Source: Sedimentisphaerales bacterium
GTDB lineage: Bacteria; Planctomycetota; Phycisphaerae; Sedimentisphaerales; SM23-30
Length of the DNA stretch: 64,000 nucleotides
NCBI GenBank assembly: GCA_963663965.2
Contig: CAXXFK010000025.1
Span: 1-64,000, forward strand
Direction of reading: 5' to 3'
In this document: positions 60,783 to 64,000 of the stretch, one piece after another
Position numbering within the stretch: position 1 is the stretch's first letter
How the letters are laid out: each line of letters opens with the position of its first letter
Translations under genes and position numbers: made by a program
The notes under the pieces: model-generated
Databases searched by the model: none
Told to the model about the DNA's origin: nothing
Seen by the model: only the letters and a program-made list of their open reading frames with translations

Positions 60783-60811
60783 ATCCTAAGCGGTGATGCC
60801 GATACTGTCAA
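60783..60811 (-). promoter_or_regulatory. sigma70-like promoter for argH
   Basis: Minus strand TTGACA-N17-TAGGAT. Confidence 0.6.
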
Positions 60812-60946
60812 TCTTTCGTTTCGTGATTACGCCTCTGGACGGTTGTTGCGTAGGGGGGCCGAAACGAAGAGAACCCTCCTGGACTGGGTATGGTAACCGT
60901 TTTCCTGGAAAAGAGTTATCAATACCAATCCGTAAATAGATTTTAA

Positions 60947-62278
60947 ATGACCCAAAAACCTGAAACAACTGAATATGTCAACCTGCAAGGCTCCGACGCC
61001 GGCCGGCTGCTCGGCCATCTGGACAAGCGTGTGCGTCAGCTCAACGAAGACCTCACCAGTGTCCACGAAACCAGCCGATTGCTCACCAGCCCGATGGATT
61101 TGCCTCAGGTTCTTAATATGGTGGTAAAAACCGTTGCCGAAGCACTCCATATGGACGCTGCCGGTTTGCGCCTGCTCGATGAAGAATCCGGCCAACTGAT
61201 CCTCAAGGCCACCTTTGGACTTTCTTCGCAATATACCAATAAAGGCCCCGTCACGGCCGCCGAAAGTTCACTCAACGAACGCGCCTTGCGCGGCGAAGTG
61301 ATTATCGTCGATGACATGCGCACTCATGAGCATTTTGCCCGTTATCGTGACCAGGTCATCGCCGAAGGCATTATCTCCAGCATCAGTATCGGCCTGATCT
61401 ACAAAGGCAAAGGCATCGGTATCCTGCGGCTCTATTGCAAGCATTACCGCCAGTTCTCCTACGAAGATATCTCCCTGGCCCGTACCGTTGCCGCTCAGTC
61501 AGCCGCCGCTATCATGAACGCCCGCCTTTATCGCGAAGCGCTCGAAGGCGAACGGCTCGCCCGCCAGATGAAACTCGCCGGCACCGTCCAGCGCCACCTG
61601 ATTCCCCAGAACTCGCCCGTGATCGAAGGTCTGGATGTGGCCGGGGTCTACGTACCCTGCTACGATGTCGGCGGTGACTTCTACGATTTCATCCGGCTGG
61701 CCGATGGCAAACTGATTATCATCCTGGGCGATGTCATGGGCAAAGGGGTGCCCGCCTCCTTGCGAATGGCCTCGCTGCGCGCCGCGTTTCGCGCCTACGC
61801 CGAAACCTCGCTCACCGTCACCGAACTGATCGAGCGCGTCAACCATATGTTCAGCAACGATGTCGAACTCGGCGAGTTCGCCACCGCCTTTTGCTGCATG
61901 GTCGATCCCCACACCCGGCGAATGATCTATTGCAACTGCGGCCACGACCCGCCCATCCGCGTCAATACCGACGGCAAAGTCGATCGCCTGATCGGCGGCG
62001 GCACCATTCTCGGCCTGTCGCCCGATTCTATCTACAATCCCGTAGAAATCGAACTGTTTCCCAACGATATGATTGTCATGTTCACTGACGGTCTGCCCGA
62101 CGCGGTCAATTTCCAAAGTGAAAAATTTGGCGCTTTGCGGATCGAAGCCGCCGCGCGCGAATGTGTCCGGCTCAACGCCGAACAGGCCGCCAAAAGTATT
62201 ATCTGGCAGATGCGTAAGTTTGCCGGACTGACACGCCGCTACGACGACACCGCTGTGGTCGTCATGCGCAAAACCTGA
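60947..62278 (+). CDS. GAF domain + SpoIIE/RsbU-type PP2C phosphatase
   Basis: GAF ending NARLY; VGGDFYD, GDVMGKG, NCGH.PP, FTDGL, DDTAVVV. Confidence 0.92.
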   Translation: MTQKPETTEYVNLQGSDAGRLLGHLDKRVRQLNEDLTSVHETSRLLTSPMDLPQVLNMVVKTVAEALHMDAAGLRLLDEESGQLILKATFGLSSQYTNKGPVTAAESSLNERALRGEVIIVDDMRTHEHFARYRDQVIAEGIISSISIGLIYKGKGIGILRLYCKHYRQFSYEDISLARTVAAQSAAAIMNARLYREALEGERLARQMKLAGTVQRHLIPQNSPVIEGLDVAGVYVPCYDVGGDFYDFIRLADGKLIIILGDVMGKGVPASLRMASLRAAFRAYAETSLTVTELIERVNHMFSNDVELGEFATAFCCMVDPHTRRMIYCNCGHDPPIRVNTDGKVDRLIGGGTILGLSPDSIYNPVEIELFPNDMIVMFTDGLPDAVNFQSEKFGALRIEAAARECVRLNAEQAAKSIIWQMRKFAGLTRRYDDTAVVVMRKT

Positions 62279-62298
62279 TTCATCAATGGAGTATGCTC

Positions 62299-64000
62299 AT
62301 GGTCTGGAACCAGATCGACCTGCCCGTACAGATCGATAAAATCCTGCGCACCAATTCCGACGCCCAACTGGCCGGTAGCCGTGCCGACATTATCGACATA
62401 GCCTGCGGCGGCCCCGACAGCAACCAGTGCGAAGTCGCCTACGAAGTCCCCGGCAAAGGCCGCGTGGTCGAAGCCACCGTCGTACGCTGCCGCAACGGCA
62501 TTGCGGTCAATTACCCCGATATCTACATGCGCCGGCGCGATCCCGATTGCATGATCATTGCTGACGATCAGCCCACCGATAAGGAACGGTTTGCCGATCG
62601 CTATCCCAACCTCTCCTTCGATAATCTGCAAAACGAAGTACTCAACTGGCTGGCCTCCCAGCCCCTCACCCTGCTGCCTTTCTATTGCGGGCGCAGCGGC
62701 CTCAACAAACGCGGCCTGCTCGTCGCGCCCCGGAACGCCGCCTTTTTCGTCGGCGGCCTGGCCGATTTACAGGAACCGCTCGTGTTCGAGCCCGGCGAAC
62801 TCTACCGGCCCCAGGTCATCATTTACGTCGCCCCGCCCTTCCGTCACACCCATTTCGACGGCAAACAGGTGGTCGTCCACAAACGCACTCCCGAACTGCA
62901 CGAAATCTACGCCTTCAACCTCTATCCCGGCCCCAGCGCCAAAAAAGGCGTCTACGGCGCCCTGCTCACCCTGGGCGAAGCCGAAAACTGGGTCACTCTT
63001 CACGGCTCCACCGTCCAGGTCGTTACCCCCTATGACAATATCTTCACCGTCATGCACGAAGGCGCCAGCGGCAGCGGCAAAAGCGAAATGCTCGAATACC
63101 CCCATCGCGAACCCGATGGCCAGCTCAAACTCGGCACCAACCTGATCACCGGCGAATCACGCTACGTCTCCATCGGCGTCGGTTGCAGCCTGCGGCCCGT
63201 CACCGACGACATGGCCCTGGCCCTGCCGCAACCGCCCGAACAGCGCGGCGGCAAGCTCGTCGTTCAGGACGCCGAAAACGCCTGGTTCGTGCGGGTCAAT
63301 CACATTACCCGCTATGGCGTCGATCCCCACCTGGAAAGCATCTGCGCCCATCCCGATCTGCCCATGATCTTCCTCAATATGCAGGGTGTCCCGCGCGCGA
63401 CCTGCCTGCTCTGGGAACATATCGAAGACGCTCCCGGCGTTCGCTGTCCCAATCCACGCGTCATCCTGCCGCGTACCCTGGTCCCTGGCGTGGTGGATCG
63501 TCCCGTCGAAGTCGATCTCCGCAGTTTTGGCGTGCGTACCCCGCCCTGCACCGCCGAAAATCCCTCCTACGGTATCATGGGTATGCTCCATGTCCTGCCC
63601 CCGGCCCTGGCCTGGCTCTGGCGCCTGATCGCGCCGCGCGGCCACGCCAACCCCAGTATCACCGAAGACAAAGGACTCGCCAGCGAGGGAGTCGGCTCCT
63701 ACTGGCCCTTCGCCACCGGACGCCGTGTTGTCCATGCCAACCTGCTGCTCGAACAGATTCTCCAGACCCCCAAAACCCGCTATACCCTCTCGCCCAACCA
63801 GCACATCGGCGCCTGGGATGTCGGCTTCATGCCCCAGTGGATCGTTCGGGAATACCTGGCCCGCCGCGGCTCGGCCAACTTCAACGAAGGCCAGCTCAAA
63901 CCCGCACGCTGCCCGCTGCTGGGCTATGTCCCGCGCTATATGCGGGTCGAAGGCGCCAATATCCCCAATATCTTCCTCGCTGTAGAAATCCAGCCCGAAG
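62299..64000 (+). CDS. DUF4914-family protein (PEPCK-like P-loop), truncated by the window end; missing from the ORF track
   Basis: Open frame MVWNQIDLP...NYPDIYMRRRDPDCM...NLYPGPSAKKGVYG...HEGASGSGKSEM...VTDDMAL...SEGVGSYWPFATG; SD GGAG. Confidence 0.85.
   Translation, partial: MVWNQIDLPVQIDKILRTNSDAQLAGSRADIIDIACGGPDSNQCEVAYEVPGKGRVVEATVVRCRNGIAVNYPDIYMRRRDPDCMIIADDQPTDKERFADRYPNLSFDNLQNEVLNWLASQPLTLLPFYCGRSGLNKRGLLVAPRNAAFFVGGLADLQEPLVFEPGELYRPQVIIYVAPPFRHTHFDGKQVVVHKRTPELHEIYAFNLYPGPSAKKGVYGALLTLGEAENWVTLHGSTVQVVTPYDNIFTVMHEGASGSGKSEMLEYPHREPDGQLKLGTNLITGESRYVSIGVGCSLRPVTDDMALALPQPPEQRGGKLVVQDAENAWFVRVNHITRYGVDPHLESICAHPDLPMIFLNMQGVPRATCLLWEHIEDAPGVRCPNPRVILPRTLVPGVVDRPVEVDLRSFGVRTPPCTAENPSYGIMGMLHVLPPALAWLWRLIAPRGHANPSITEDKGLASEGVGSYWPFATGRRVVHANLLLEQILQTPKTRYTLSPNQHIGAWDVGFMPQWIVREYLARRGSANFNEGQLKPARCPLLGYVPRYMRVEGANIPNIFLAVEIQPE

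Noticed and set aside
60853..60946. GGGGGCCGAAACG resembling a tmRNA 5' end
   Set aside because: No following TTCGAC, no tRNA-like 3' end, and too little space before the next gene.
3430..63985. Long antisense or alternate-frame ORFs (e.g. 3430-4416, 21227-22405, 30399-31304, 38027-39004, 39453-40448, 42227-43276, 46364-47551, 59356-60633, 62558-63145, 63157-63804)
   Set aside because: They overlap well-supported genes, have no recognisable motifs, and are the expected shadows of biased codon usage.

Overview
Bacterial chromosomal window. Several traits point to a Planctomycetota genome, probably Phycisphaerae/Sedimentisphaerales-like (inference): Tat-exported Gfo/Idh/MocA oxidoreductases, sulfatases, dockerin-tailed proteins, a PEP-CTERM protein and an H-X9-DG pseudopilin-like protein. 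1-14 kb is a late flagellar cluster: flgK end, frameshifted flgL, fliW, csrA, three flagellins, a very large modular fliD and fliS. It has repeated sigma28/WhiG-like promoters and long structured intergenic RNAs rich in CsrA-type GGA-loop hairpins, which is the most interesting signal here. 14-64 kb is mixed metabolism: GH172 and GH18-like genes, a GlcNAc cluster (nagA, GntR-family regulator, nagB, symporter), four peptidases, sulfatases (one a decayed chimeric pseudogene), a SWIM-SNF2 helicase, ettA, a cytochrome c/PQQ-sugar dehydrogenase fusion, GH51, tsaE, thiL, argH, a GAF-PP2C phosphatase and a DUF4914 gene running off the right edge. Several frameshifted or nonsense-interrupted genes occur. 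No CRISPR array, tRNA, rRNA or intact transposase was seen. All family assignments come from motif recognition, not database searches.
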